A DNA stretch of 64,000 bases from Acidobacteriota bacterium (GCA_036507075.1 DASXQR010000187.1:1-64000); one strand, 5' to 3'. Numbered from the stretch's first letter, positions 16,363-26,844 are shown. Numbers and translations are program-made. Notes: generated by a model not told the origin, from the sequence alone.

Positions 16363-19164
16363 TTGACCACTGTCGATGTAAAGCGGACCATCAATTTGCC
16401 CAAAACAGCTTTCTCAATGAAAGCCGATCTCCCGCAGAACGAGCCCAGGATGCTCGCCCGCTGGGAAGAAATGGGGCTTTATAAAAAAATTCTGCAGTCA
16501 CGACAGGGACATCCGGTGTTCATTCTGCACGATGGACCTCCCTACGCAAACGGCAACATTCATCTCGGCCACGCTCTCGACAAGATCCTGAAAGATCTGG
16601 TTGTCAAATCCAAAACAATGGCCGGCTTTTGCGCGCCCTACGTTCCCGGATGGGATTGCCATGGTTTGCCGATTGAAATCAAGGTCGAGCACCAGCTCGG
16701 GAAGAAAAAGGCGTCCATGAGCCCGGTTGGGATCCGCCAGGCGTGCCGAAAATACGCGGAAAAGTACGTGCAGATTCAGAAAGAGGAGTTCAAGCGTCTG
16801 GGGGTTTTCGGCGACTGGGACAACCCGTACTTGACGATGAGCTACAGCTATCAGGCGACCATTACCCGCGCATTGGGCGACTTTGTGGGGCGCGGTGGCG
16901 TCTACCGCGGTCTGAAGCCGGTGCTGTGGTGCATTCACTGTCGCACCGCGCTGGCCGAAGCGGAAGTGGAATACGAGGATCACCGGAGCCCTTCCATCTA
17001 TGTGAAGTTCCCTATGGTCAGCTCCATGGCCTCGCTCAGTCCCGCAGCCTCAGAACTGCCCGCCTTTGCCGTGATTTGGACGACGACGCCCTGGACGCTT
17101 CCGGCAAACCTCGCAATTGCCGTGCATCCTGACTTCGATTATTCACTAGTCAGGACAGGAGAAGAATTGCTCTGGCTTGCCGCCGAGCGCGTGGAAGCCG
17201 TGATGAAGGAATGCCGCATTTTGGAATGGGCAGTGCTTCTCACTGTGAAAGGGTCCGCGCTGGAAAATCTGGTCGCGCGGCATCCCTGGATCGAACGGGA
17301 CTCACGGTTCATCACAGCCGATTATGTGACACTGGATCAGGGAACAGGCCTGGTTCACACAGCCCCCGGCCACGGGCAGGAGGATTATCTTTCCGGTGTG
17401 AAGCACGGACTGGAGATTTACAACCCGGTCGACGACGAAGGAAGATTCAAACCGGACGTTGATGTTTTTGGAGGCCAGCAGGTATTTGAAGCCAATCCGC
17501 ATATCATCGAGCTCCTTCGCAGCAGGGGACTGCTGCTGTACGCCTCCGATTTTACGCACTCGTATCCTCATTGCTGGCGCTGCCACAACCCGGTCATCTT
17601 CCGTGCTACGCCGCAGTGGTTCATTTCGATGGATTCCAACGATTTCCGCCCCCGTGCGCTGCGCGAAGTGAAGAATATTCAGTGGATCCCTGAGTGGGGT
17701 GAGGAGCGGATCTCAAACATGATTTCGAGCAGACCGGACTGGTGCATTTCACGCCAGCGTATCTGGGGCGTACCGATCGCGACCTTCTACTGCGGCGCCT
17801 GCAACGAATTGCTGGTAAACCGTGATGTAATTCATCATGTCGCCGCCATTTTTGAGCGCGAAGGCGCCGACGCCTGGTATGCCCGACCTGAATCGGAGCT
17901 TCTTCCTCCGGATACGCGCTGCGCGTGCGGCAGCGCCGAATTCCGCAAGGAATTCGACATTCTCGATGTGTGGTTTGATTCCGGTTCGAGCCATCTGGCG
18001 GTTCTGGAAGGTCGGAAGGATCTCGCCTGGCCGGCAGACATGTATCTGGAAGGCAATGATCAGTATCGCGGCTGGTTTCAGAGCTCGCTGCTGATTGGAG
18101 TGGGAGCGCGCGACGCTTCTCCATACCGCATCGTGGTCACGCACGGGATGACGCTGGACGCCGAAGGACGCGCCATGTCCAAGTCGCTCGGTACCGGCAT
18201 TCCTCCGCAGGATATCATCAAGCAGAGCGGTGCTGAGATTCTGCGACTGTGGGTGTCTTCCATAGACTATCGTGAAGACGCGCGGCTTTCCGAGGAGATT
18301 CTCTCTCGTCTTCGGGATGCCTATCGCAAAATTCGCAACACGGCGCGTTACATTCTGGGAAACATCCACGACTTCGATTCGGAGCGTGATCGTATCGCTG
18401 CAGACGACCTGCTGGAATTGGATCGATGGGCGCTGGCAAGCCTGTTTGAGATTTCAGAGAAGGCCGGGGCCGCCTACGAAAAATATCAGTTTCACTCCGT
18501 GTATCATCTGCTTTATCAGTTCTGCGCGGCGGACTTGTCATCTTTCTACCTGGATGTGCTCAAGGACCGCCTTTACATTTCGGCTGCCCGCTCGCAGGCA
18601 AGGCGCTCGGCGCAAACAGCGCTGTTCGAAATCCTGGATTGCCTGTGCCGGTTGATGGCGCCGCTTGTGCCGTTCACAGCCGATGAAATCTGGCGGTACT
18701 TACACCAGGGCAGGTGCGCGGAATCCGTGCACATGGCCGTGTTTCGCGACATGAGCGCGTTCGCGAATCGAACTCTGCTGCTCCGGTGGGAGACGCTCTT
18801 GCAAGTGCGCGAGGAGGTATCAAAGAGGCTGGAAGAAGCACGGCAGGCCAAGACAATCGGAACCTCGCTCGAGGCGCAACTGGTACTGCGGTGCGGCGAG
18901 CATCGTTTCGAATACCTGAAAAGCTTTGCTTCGGATCTGCGCTACATATTCATCGTTTCTGAGGTGGCGCTGGAAAGGGCCGAGGGCCTCGGACCCGAAG
19001 ACCTGGAGATCAAGGTTGAACCCGCCACCGGCGAAAAATGCGAGCGTTGCTGGAACTACTCCTCGGACGTGGGCGCCAACGACATTTACCCCACTCTCTG
19101 TTCACGCTGTGTTGCCGCTTTGAATGAGCTGGCCAAAGACGGCTTGCTCGGCCCGGTCGCATGA
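16363..19164 (+). CDS. ileS: Isoleucine--tRNA ligase
   Basis: DGPPYANG, HLGH, WCISRQR, AMSKS and C-terminal CERCW Zn finger. Confidence 0.98.
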   Translation: MTTVDVKRTINLPKTAFSMKADLPQNEPRMLARWEEMGLYKKILQSRQGHPVFILHDGPPYANGNIHLGHALDKILKDLVVKSKTMAGFCAPYVPGWDCHGLPIEIKVEHQLGKKKASMSPVGIRQACRKYAEKYVQIQKEEFKRLGVFGDWDNPYLTMSYSYQATITRALGDFVGRGGVYRGLKPVLWCIHCRTALAEAEVEYEDHRSPSIYVKFPMVSSMASLSPAASELPAFAVIWTTTPWTLPANLAIAVHPDFDYSLVRTGEELLWLAAERVEAVMKECRILEWAVLLTVKGSALENLVARHPWIERDSRFITADYVTLDQGTGLVHTAPGHGQEDYLSGVKHGLEIYNPVDDEGRFKPDVDVFGGQQVFEANPHIIELLRSRGLLLYASDFTHSYPHCWRCHNPVIFRATPQWFISMDSNDFRPRALREVKNIQWIPEWGEERISNMISSRPDWCISRQRIWGVPIATFYCGACNELLVNRDVIHHVAAIFEREGADAWYARPESELLPPDTRCACGSAEFRKEFDILDVWFDSGSSHLAVLEGRKDLAWPADMYLEGNDQYRGWFQSSLLIGVGARDASPYRIVVTHGMTLDAEGRAMSKSLGTGIPPQDIIKQSGAEILRLWVSSIDYREDARLSEEILSRLRDAYRKIRNTARYILGNIHDFDSERDRIAADDLLELDRWALASLFEISEKAGAAYEKYQFHSVYHLLYQFCAADLSSFYLDVLKDRLYISAARSQARRSAQTALFEILDCLCRLMAPLVPFTADEIWRYLHQGRCAESVHMAVFRDMSAFANRTLLLRWETLLQVREEVSKRLEEARQAKTIGTSLEAQLVLRCGEHRFEYLKSFASDLRYIFIVSEVALERAEGLGPEDLEIKVEPATGEKCERCWNYSSDVGANDIYPTLCSRCVAALNELAKDGLLGPVA

Positions 19165-19670
19165 GACTTCCATCCGCCCTTCTCTATGGGCTGATCACGG
19201 TGGCTTTGGACCTTGGGACCAAAAGCTGGGCCCTGCAAACTCTGCGTCTCCGCGACATCGAGGTTATTCCTTATTTCTTCCGTCTCAGCCTGGTGCATAA
19301 CTACGGGATCGCGTTTGGGTTTTTCAGCTACCAGAGCAGCAGCAGGTTGAAGTCGATTCTGCTGATCTCGGTGGCTGTTCTGGCGTTGATCTCGGTGGCC
19401 GCATATGCCTTCAAACCCTCATCGCATCGCCGGCTGCAACAGCTCGCTTTAGGCCTGTTAATGGGTGGAATCCTGGGGAACCTGGCGGACCGGGCGCTGC
19501 ATTCTTATGTCGTCGATTTCCTGGAGTTTAACCTCTATTTCTTCAAGTTTCCCACCTTCAATATTGCGGATTCCGGAATCACCGTCGGGGTGGGCCTGCT
19601 GCTTTTGGAAACTTTCCTGGAGAAACAGAATCCTGAAGAAGAGCGGGGGACTGATGCGGAGCCTTCTTAA
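19161..19670 (+). CDS. lspA: Lipoprotein signal peptidase
   Basis: NYGIAFG, GNLADR, VVDF and FNIADS; follows ileS. Confidence 0.95.
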   Translation: MRLPSALLYGLITVALDLGTKSWALQTLRLRDIEVIPYFFRLSLVHNYGIAFGFFSYQSSSRLKSILLISVAVLALISVAAYAFKPSSHRRLQQLALGLLMGGILGNLADRALHSYVVDFLEFNLYFFKFPTFNIADSGITVGVGLLLLETFLEKQNPEEERGTDAEPS

Positions 19671-20391
19671 ATTCACCACCAAGACACAAAGAACACTAAG
19701 ATCTCTTTGGCGCTCTTTGTGCCTCGGTGGCGCTTTTTTCTTCGGAGGCACGGCGCCATTTGCCTTATTGATCCTGCTGGCTGTTCCCCCTCCGGCTGCG
19801 CAGGCGACTGGCGACCGCGTCGATCGCCTGATCGAGGCCATTCAGAACCGCTACAGCTCGATGCGCAGCTTTAGAGCTGGTTTCGTGCAGTACTACCACA
19901 GCGGTGTGAGCGAAGAGCAGGAATCGGGAATTCTTTTGATGAAAAAGCCGGGAAAAATGCGTTGGGAATACCAGGCACCCACGGTGAAGTTGTTTTTATC
20001 AGACGGCCGCAAAACCTACTTTTATGTTCCCCGTGACCGGCAGGTAACCATCAGCACGTTGGAAACGGATTCCGCCTCCACTCCGCTTCTTTTTCTACTT
20101 GGGCAAGGGAATCTCAAAAAGGACTTTTCGGCTGCCGAAACCAGAAAGGACGCCCCCATGGCCGGCGGGGACATGGTTCTCCAACTGACAGCGGTCAGAG
20201 AGCAGACATCATTTAAGGAAGTGTTTCTGGAAGTGAAGGAAGGCAACGCCGATATCGTCCGGATCTCAGTTGTAGAACACACCGGCAATCGCAATGATTA
20301 TGTCCTGAAGGGACTGCAGCCGAATGTACCGTTGGGCGACGACCAGTTCCGTTTCAAAATACCCAAGGGTGTCGAGGTAATTCAGCAGTAA
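19654..20391 (+). CDS. lolA: Outer membrane lipoprotein carrier LolA
   Basis: FRAGFVQ, KKPGKMRWEY, SDG, TPLLFL and F.FKIPKGVEV; start uncertain. Confidence 0.85.
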   Translation: MRSLLKFTTKTQRTLRSLWRSLCLGGAFFFGGTAPFALLILLAVPPPAAQATGDRVDRLIEAIQNRYSSMRSFRAGFVQYYHSGVSEEQESGILLMKKPGKMRWEYQAPTVKLFLSDGRKTYFYVPRDRQVTISTLETDSASTPLLFLLGQGNLKKDFSAAETRKDAPMAGGDMVLQLTAVREQTSFKEVFLEVKEGNADIVRISVVEHTGNRNDYVLKGLQPNVPLGDDQFRFKIPKGVEVIQQ

Positions 20392-20404
20392 ACACTGAAA
20401 TAAA

Positions 20405-20980
20405 ATCACCACAAAGACACATCCCGGAAAAGCCGCAACCAAGAATAGGATGTTCCCGCTTGGCAGCCTGATCGTCATATGCTGATGTGGAAAGTCACAT
20501 TCCTTCACCGCAGAGGCGCAGAGAACTCAGAGGTTGCGCAGAGACATACAAACGAAACTCTGCGCATTCTCTGCGTCCTCTGCGCCTCTGCGGTGAAGGA
20601 ATGCAGGTGCCAGACAAAACTTTGTTAAAAAAGCGAGAAGTTGCCAACCTGTAACACAGCCCGGCTGTAGGCCGCAGCCAAAAAAGCCGCCCACGAGCAC
20701 GATCACGTCAACGTCCACGTCCTACGTTCACGACCACACCAACGTCCCGGGTCCACGATTACGACAACATTCAACTTCAATTCTCTGCAACCTGGGCCGC
20801 ACCGGACAAGATTGTAGATGTAATCGTAGACGTGGTCGTCGCCGTGGACGTGGGACGTTGACCTCCTCGTGCTCGTGCTCGTGAACGTGAGACGCGGTCG
20901 TTGACGTGAACGGCTTTGAAAAACTTTGCCAAAAAAACAAGAAATGCGGCTGTTCCGCCCGTGTCCTTTAGTGGTGATTC
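20405..20980. repeat. Composite nested repeat with two tandem GCCGCAACCAA...AACTTTG units
   Basis: Unit 1 carries CACCGCAGAG...CTCTGCGGTG; unit 2 carries CACGTC arrays; both lie inside CACCACAAAG...GTGGTG arms. Confidence 0.8.
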
Positions 20981-21000
20981 TTTCACCCGACCGCTAAACG

Positions 21001-21405
21001 CTAATAGATCGACCAGACTCCGGGAGTCGCCAACTCAAGGAGGTGCTGGTCGGGATCCCGAAAATACAGGCTGCGTCCGCCGCGGTCCCACGTTTTCCGC
21101 TCTTCGATGACCACGTTATGCTCCCGCAGCCATTTTTCCCAGGCGTCTAAATCCGCAGTGGAGATGGCAAACGCCAGGTGCAGCCTCCCGTCTCCATCGT
21201 GCGGGGTTGAAGGCAGGTTCGCCGACGCTCTCTTCTTGAACAACAGCAGGATTTGTCGATCTGTCACGCCCAGCGCGCATAGCCTCTGGTCGGAAGCAAT
21301 GACCTCAAAGCCGAAAATGTCCTGATAGAACCGGACAGATCTGTCCAGATCGTCCACGTACAGTGACGTTTCCAAAACGCCGTCCAGCTTTGGCATCCCT
21401 TTCAA
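21001..21405 (-). CDS. VOC/glyoxalase family protein
   Basis: LETSLYVDDL, HLAF and SLYFRDPDQHLLE. Confidence 0.9.
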   Translation of the reverse strand: MKGMPKLDGVLETSLYVDDLDRSVRFYQDIFGFEVIASDQRLCALGVTDRQILLLFKKRASANLPSTPHDGDGRLHLAFAISTADLDAWEKWLREHNVVIEERKTWDRGGRSLYFRDPDQHLLELATPGVWSIY

Positions 21406-23066
21406 TTTCCGGCCGCCGCCTGCGTGAGCAGGCGCAGGCGGCTTACGCCATCAAGTTTTTCCGGCGTTTTCACACCCAGCAGCTCTGCCAGTGTGGGGGC
21501 GATATCTGTAGTGTGCACCTCTTCAGGAATGGTCTTGTGCCCCGTCGCTCTTTTGAAAAGAACCAGGGGCACCCAACTGTCGTAACGGTACGGAGAGCCG
21601 TGCGTGGTTCCCGTGGTGCCGGTAGAAGGAATGTAATTCTCGCGAAATTGAATAATGACGTCGCCGCTGCGCGCCTCGTTGAAGGCATTTCGCAGCAATT
21701 TCAATATCGGGTCCGGGTTCTTAACGGCAAGGTGAATGTCTGACCGCCCGTAGACGGCAGCCACCGCAGGAAGCCCAAGTAAATACTCCTTGGCGGCCGC
21801 CTCCACTTCAGATCGTTTCAGGTCGTGCTGCCCGAGCGCTGGGTAGTTCAAGTAAATATTGGTGCTGTAATAACCCAGGATCCAGTTTTCCTTGAATCCA
21901 AGTTTTCTGCTCAGATGATCGTTCAGCCTCTGAAACAACAGTCTATCCTGCTTTGTCAGGCGCGACGCCCTGGTTCCATGAGAAGACAACTCCTCGGGCA
22001 ACGGCAGCACTCCATGGTCCGCACTCAGAACGATCACCAGATTCTCAGCACCCACTTCAGCTTTCAAGAAGTCAATGAATTGCTGCAGGAATAGGTCCAG
22101 ACGCAGTAACTGATCCGCCATTTCATGGCTGGAGGGCCCAAAGGCATGCCCGATGTAGTCTGTCGCGCTCAATCCGACGCACAGCACGTCGGTGACATCG
22201 CGCTTGCCCAACTGATTCGCAGTCACGGCCTCGCGCGCCGCGGTAAGGACCACTTCATCCAGAAAAGGCGTCTCGATAAATGAGGAGTAGAAGGACGCGT
22301 TGGCGAGGGCAGTAAAACCTCCGATCACATGCGGAAATGTCCGATCCGAGCCGCCCTCGTTGGGCGCGTCGTCCGGGCCGAATTGACGGTAAAACTCCGC
22401 CGGCTTCAGGTAATCCCAGGTTTTTCCAAAGTAGGAAACTGGAAGCTGCCTCTTGTTAAAGGAATCGACCCACTTTGCATAACGCCGCTGGTAGTAAGTG
22501 CTGGTTTCCATCCGGCCGTTTTGCTCGTTATACCAAAGGACCTCATCCGCATCCTGGCCAGCCATTAAGATGGCGCTGCGATCTTTCCCCGCCAGCGACA
22601 CGACGCGGGACTGCGGCGACTGGGCCTTGATCCAGTCTCCGAGCGTCGTGGCCCTCAAACTTCGCGGAGAACGACCCTCGGCCTTTGCATTGTCAAGGAT
22701 TGGATACGCGTCATCCGCAGTGCAGTAAACCAACGCTCGGCGATCCCGGTCGTACCAGTAATTTGCCACGATTCCGTTGCTGCCGGGATTCAGGCCGGTA
22801 AGCAGAGTCGAGTGACCGGGAGCCGTCTCGGTCAGGAAATGATTCTGATGCGCATCCTGAAACACCACGCCGGAGTCATGAAGCCATTTGAAGCCGCCGG
22901 AGAAATATTTCTGGAACTTGGTCAAGTAATCGGCGCGCATCTGATCGACACTGATGGCGACGACCAGCATGGGTTTGGCCGAGGCGCCGGGCGCTGCTGC
23001 AGCAAGAAGAGTGAATGAGAGAAAGAAAATCAGGCCGATTCTGATTCGAAAACAGTTCTTATTCAT
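21402..23066 (-). CDS. Alkaline phosphatase family protein (PafA-like)
   Basis: SVDQMRADYL, TAPGHSTLLTG, KDRSAI, DYIGHAFGP, SADHG and THGSPY. Confidence 0.92.
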   Translation of the reverse strand: MNKNCFRIRIGLIFFLSFTLLAAAAPGASAKPMLVVAISVDQMRADYLTKFQKYFSGGFKWLHDSGVVFQDAHQNHFLTETAPGHSTLLTGLNPGSNGIVANYWYDRDRRALVYCTADDAYPILDNAKAEGRSPRSLRATTLGDWIKAQSPQSRVVSLAGKDRSAILMAGQDADEVLWYNEQNGRMETSTYYQRRYAKWVDSFNKRQLPVSYFGKTWDYLKPAEFYRQFGPDDAPNEGGSDRTFPHVIGGFTALANASFYSSFIETPFLDEVVLTAAREAVTANQLGKRDVTDVLCVGLSATDYIGHAFGPSSHEMADQLLRLDLFLQQFIDFLKAEVGAENLVIVLSADHGVLPLPEELSSHGTRASRLTKQDRLLFQRLNDHLSRKLGFKENWILGYYSTNIYLNYPALGQHDLKRSEVEAAAKEYLLGLPAVAAVYGRSDIHLAVKNPDPILKLLRNAFNEARSGDVIIQFRENYIPSTGTTGTTHGSPYRYDSWVPLVLFKRATGHKTIPEEVHTTDIAPTLAELLGVKTPEKLDGVSRLRLLTQAAAGN

Positions 23067-23090
23067 GGAAGTGATCCTGCACCGTTTATG

Positions 23091-23142
23091 CTAGTAGTTA
23101 ATTCCAAAGATTCGAGCAAGAATTTTTGAAACTAAGTACTAG
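23091..23142. repeat. Tiny MITE-like palindrome bounded by CTAG
   Basis: CTAGTAGTTAATTCCAAAGATTC ... GAATTTTTGAAACTAAGTACTAG. Confidence 0.55.
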
Positions 23143-23145
23143 CTA

Positions 23146-24138
23146 TTACATTTCCCACTGCATCAGGATACCACCCGAGGTGAAGCCCGCTCCAAAACTG
23201 GCCAGCAGCACCAGGTCTCCATGCTTTAGCCGCTTGCTTTCCAGGGCTTCCGCGAGACCGATGGGAATGGTTGCAGCCGTGGTGTTGGCGTATTTTTGAA
23301 TATTGATCAGCACCTGGTCCTCGCACAAGTTCAATTTCTGCATGCTCGCCTGGATAATCCTGAGATTGGCCTGATGTGGAACGTACAACGCCAAGTCTTG
23401 CGGGGTGTAGCCGTTTTTCTGCAGGATTTCGCGTGAGATGTCCACCATTCCCTTCACGGCAAACTTGAAAACCGTCTTGCCATCCTGATGCACGAAATGC
23501 ATATTTCGATCGACCGTTTCGTGCGAGGAAGGGTGAAGACTTCCACCTCCCGGCATGTAAAGGAATTTTCCGCCCCTGCCATCGCTCTTGAGGACAAAAT
23601 CAAAGATCCCACGTTCGCCATCCTCAGCCGGCTCCAGCAGCACGGCGCCCGCGCCGTCGCCGAACAGAACGCACGTAGCTCGATCCTTGAAATTCACGAT
23701 AGAACTCATCACGTCGGAGCCGACCACGAGAACCTTCTTATGCGCGCCGGTGGAAATGAATTGAGCGCCGCTGGCGAGGGCGTAAAGGAATCCGGAGCAG
23801 GCGCCGGACAGGTCAAAGCCCCACGCGCGTGTAGCCCCGATCTTTTCCTGGACGACACAGGCCGTTGAGGGAAAAAACATGTCAGGGGTAACCGTCGCCA
23901 CGATGATCAGATCGATCTCGTCGGCACTGATATCCCGCTGTTCAAGAAGCTGCTTTACAGCCAGCGCGGCCAGGTCGCTGTTGGCCTGTCCGTCGCTGAC
24001 CACGCGCCTCTCGGAAATGCCGGTGCGCTCCAGTATCCAGGAGTCAGAAGTTTCAACCATCGTTTCCAGGTCTGAATTGGTGAGACGCTTCTCAGGCAGA
24101 TACTTCCCGATGGCCGTAATCTTCGCGTTGCGAAACAA
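23146..24138 (-). CDS. fabH: 3-oxoacyl-ACP synthase III
   Basis: [27 protein letters not shown] and FGAGFT. Confidence 0.95.
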   Translation of the reverse strand: MFRNAKITAIGKYLPEKRLTNSDLETMVETSDSWILERTGISERRVVSDGQANSDLAALAVKQLLEQRDISADEIDLIIVATVTPDMFFPSTACVVQEKIGATRAWGFDLSGACSGFLYALASGAQFISTGAHKKVLVVGSDVMSSIVNFKDRATCVLFGDGAGAVLLEPAEDGERGIFDFVLKSDGRGGKFLYMPGGGSLHPSSHETVDRNMHFVHQDGKTVFKFAVKGMVDISREILQKNGYTPQDLALYVPHQANLRIIQASMQKLNLCEDQVLINIQKYANTTAATIPIGLAEALESKRLKHGDLVLLASFGAGFTSGGILMQWEM

Positions 24139-24199
24139 TTCAACTCCCGTGGGTTAAACTAAAAACAGATATCTGTAACATGTTCGAGTAAATAGTTGC

Positions 24200-24470
24200 A
24201 AGGTTGTCGGTAGTCCGTGGTCAGTGGTCAGTTGGCCAGTGAGTTACGGGTTTACGGGTTTACGGGTTTACGGGTTCCGGGTTACGGGTGCCGGGTTACG
24301 CGTTTCGTTCCTATTTTCAAATTACGGGTTCAAAATTGAAAATTCCTTAGGTGTGGCTGTCGGGCACGTTGAATTTTAAATTTGCAATCTCCCAACCCGG
24401 AACCCGTAAACCCGTAACTCGCTGGCCAACCGACCACGGACAACTGACAACGGATAACGGACAACGCCAA
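24200..24470. repeat. Nested heptamer arrays (GTCAGTG outside, GGGTTAC inside, AT-rich centre)
   Basis: Mirror-symmetric layers. Confidence 0.85.
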
Positions 24471-24547
24471 GCTATAATGATTTGGAGCCACATCAATGAT
24501 ATGGATAAGGAATAACGAGTTTTAAGGCACGACAGGAGGAAACACCT

Positions 24548-24892
24548 ATGGGCAGGAATAACGGCAGAGCAAGCGGTCTGGTCCTCTTTCTCGGCGGAGC
24601 CGTCGCCGGCGCAACGCTGGCGCTTTTGTTCGCTCCCCAGTCTGGAGAAAAGACCCGTAAAGAAATTCAAAAATTCGGCAGGCGGGCGCTCAATCGAGCG
24701 GACGCTTTTCAGTCCGAATTGCGCGAGCAGGTCAACGACCTGATCGAAAGTGTAGTGGAAACCAGCAGCCACGGAATGGAAAGGGGAAAAGCGCTTACTG
24801 AAAAGATCCGAAGTGAAGTAGTTGATATTCTGGATACCGGCCGCAAGGTACTGGAAAACGAAAAGAACCGCGTGCAGCAGATCTTCCGGTAA
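24548..24892 (+). CDS. YtxH domain protein
   Basis: GAVAGATLALLFAPQSGEKTR. Confidence 0.88.
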   Translation: MGRNNGRASGLVLFLGGAVAGATLALLFAPQSGEKTRKEIQKFGRRALNRADAFQSELREQVNDLIESVVETSSHGMERGKALTEKIRSEVVDILDTGRKVLENEKNRVQQIFR

Positions 24893-24909
24893 CCGAACTA
24901 TTCAAAAAA

Positions 24910-25070
24910 CTGAACCGCCAAGGCCGCCAAGAACGCTAAGAACAGCGCAAGGGACGGGGCTTAGACTCCGGTGTCAGGTACACAAACTTGAAATGGCGTC
25001 AAATTTGCAAACCTGACACCGGAGTCTAAGCCCCGTCCCTTGCGCTATCTTGGCGCTCTTGGCGGTTTAG
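24910..25070. repeat. Palindromic element with perfect 36-bp arms inside CGCCAAG nonamer arrays
   Basis: 24944-24979 is the exact reverse complement of 25011-25046. Confidence 0.92.
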
Positions 25071-25089
25071 TCTTCTCGAATACTCCGGA

Positions 25090-25611
25090 CTAGATGAACA
25101 TCTCTTCATCCTCGGCAGAGCGTGCATCCATCCGGTCCCTTCTCCTGGAAAACAGATAGTCGAAGCCGGACCGGACTGCCTTTATAAAGGATGAAATTTC
25201 CATGGCGGGAACGAGCACGTCACGCTGGATGCTTGCTGTGGTTTCCTCGAATTTTTGAACGGTGTCGGTGACGACATAATCGAGTTTGGTCGCCTGCACC
25301 TTCACCGTCTCTGTAATTTCCTGAACAAACGAATCGAGCTTTTTGGCTCTTAGGCGCGCAATTTCGACAATTTCCGAAATATTGTTGCTTACGGTCTGCG
25401 ACACGCGGCCGAGAGGCCTGAGCGACTCAAGCAGGCTTCCGGCCTGGGAAATCAAATGATTCGCGCGTCGCTCCAAATCATCCGTGAGCTTCTGCACCCG
25501 TGTCGTGACCAATCCTATACGCCGGGCGATTAAAAACAGCGCGATGCCCTGCAAAACAAACCCGGTTGCTGTCACAGCAACCAGAATCAGCATCCAGATC
25601 GTGTTCTCCAC
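25090..25611 (-). CDS. DUF948-like membrane-anchored coiled-coil protein
   Basis: N-terminal TM helix, coiled coil, DEEMFI tail; follows ytxH. Confidence 0.75.
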   Translation of the reverse strand: MENTIWMLILVAVTATGFVLQGIALFLIARRIGLVTTRVQKLTDDLERRANHLISQAGSLLESLRPLGRVSQTVSNNISEIVEIARLRAKKLDSFVQEITETVKVQATKLDYVVTDTVQKFEETTASIQRDVLVPAMEISSFIKAVRSGFDYLFSRRRDRMDARSAEDEEMFI

Positions 25612-25626
25612 AGATACTCTTCGACC

Positions 25627-25959
25627 TCACTCTTCCTGGAGCTTGGACTTCTCGTCGCGGTATGCCTGTTTGCCCGCCTCGATAGCGGCGCTCAGTTGCT
25701 CTTTCTGCCGGCCCAGCACCTCGACGCTTCGATCTTTCAGGCCGCTGGCCTGACTCTGCAGGCCGCGAGTGCCCGCACCGACGCGTTCGGCAACTTCGCG
25801 GCTCCTGGTCGAAAGGAAATCCGCGCCTTCTTTCGCCTTCCCGGCAATTACGTCACGCGTTTCTTTCCCGGACTTGGGCGCCATCAACAAAGCCACTGAT
25901 GCGCCGACGAAGCTTCCGATCAAAAAGTACAAAAAATTTTCACCTGATTTATTCGCCAT
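25627..25959 (-). CDS. YtxH domain protein
   Basis: GASVALLMAPKSGKETR...AIEAGKQAY. Confidence 0.9.
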   Translation of the reverse strand: MANKSGENFLYFLIGSFVGASVALLMAPKSGKETRDVIAGKAKEGADFLSTRSREVAERVGAGTRGLQSQASGLKDRSVEVLGRQKEQLSAAIEAGKQAYRDEKSKLQEE

Positions 25960-26070
25960 GGTGATCTTCCTCCAACCACTTTAGTTAGTGGTAAGCTACC
26001 ATTGACAACCATCGAAGTCAATTCGCCGTGGTTATTTCAGGAGCTACGTAACTACCTAGGAATCAAGAAT

Positions 26071-26844
26071 TTGGGAAAACCTAAGACGGCTCTCAGCATT
26101 GCCGGGTCGGACAGCGGCGGCTGCTCGGGGATTCAGGCGGACCTGCGTACGTTTGCCCGTTTTGGAGTGCATGGAGCCTCGGCAATCACCTGCATCACCG
26201 CGCAGAATACTCGCGGCGTTCAAAAGGTCGTTCCCCTCTTACCGGCAACCGTGACCGGGCAGATTGAATCGGTCCTCTCCGACATCGGGTGTGACGCCGC
26301 AAAGACCGGAATGCTGGGTACCGGCGAGATTATCCGGGCCGTGGCGCGCTGTTTGAGAAAATGGAAGGTACGCAATCTGGTTGTCGATCCGGTAATGGTC
26401 TCGACTTCCGGGGTCGAACTGCTGCAAAGAAGTGCCATTTCCACGCTGTGCGAGAAACTCATACCTCTCGCTCGTCTGGTCACGCCCAATCTGCTTGAAG
26501 CCGAGCGCATACTCAAACAACCGGTTCGAAGTATCAGCGACATGGAATCTGCTGCCAAGCGCCTGTACGACTGGACCGGTTGCGCGGTGTTAATCAAAGG
26601 CGGGCACCTGGATGACAAACCGACAGACGTGCTGTATGCCGGAACGAGATGTGTTCGCTTCACATGCGCTCGAGTGCGAACCCGCAACACCCGCGGGTCC
26701 GGGTGCAGTCTTTCGGCGGCCATCGCTGCCAATCTGGCGCGACATGTCGGCTTGGAGGACGCCATCGCAAAGGCCAAAGACTATGTCACAGAGGCTCTGC
26801 GGAAGAGCTACAGAATAGGAGCCGGGCCGGGCCGGTTGGGTTAG
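26071..26844 (+). CDS. thiD: Hydroxymethylpyrimidine/phosphomethylpyrimidine kinase
   Basis: SIAGSDSGG.SGIQADL, TAQNT, VVDPVM, TPN, KGGH and GSGCSLS; start uncertain. Confidence 0.93.
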   Translation: MGKPKTALSIAGSDSGGCSGIQADLRTFARFGVHGASAITCITAQNTRGVQKVVPLLPATVTGQIESVLSDIGCDAAKTGMLGTGEIIRAVARCLRKWKVRNLVVDPVMVSTSGVELLQRSAISTLCEKLIPLARLVTPNLLEAERILKQPVRSISDMESAAKRLYDWTGCAVLIKGGHLDDKPTDVLYAGTRCVRFTCARVRTRNTRGSGCSLSAAIAANLARHVGLEDAIAKAKDYVTEALRKSYRIGAGPGRLG

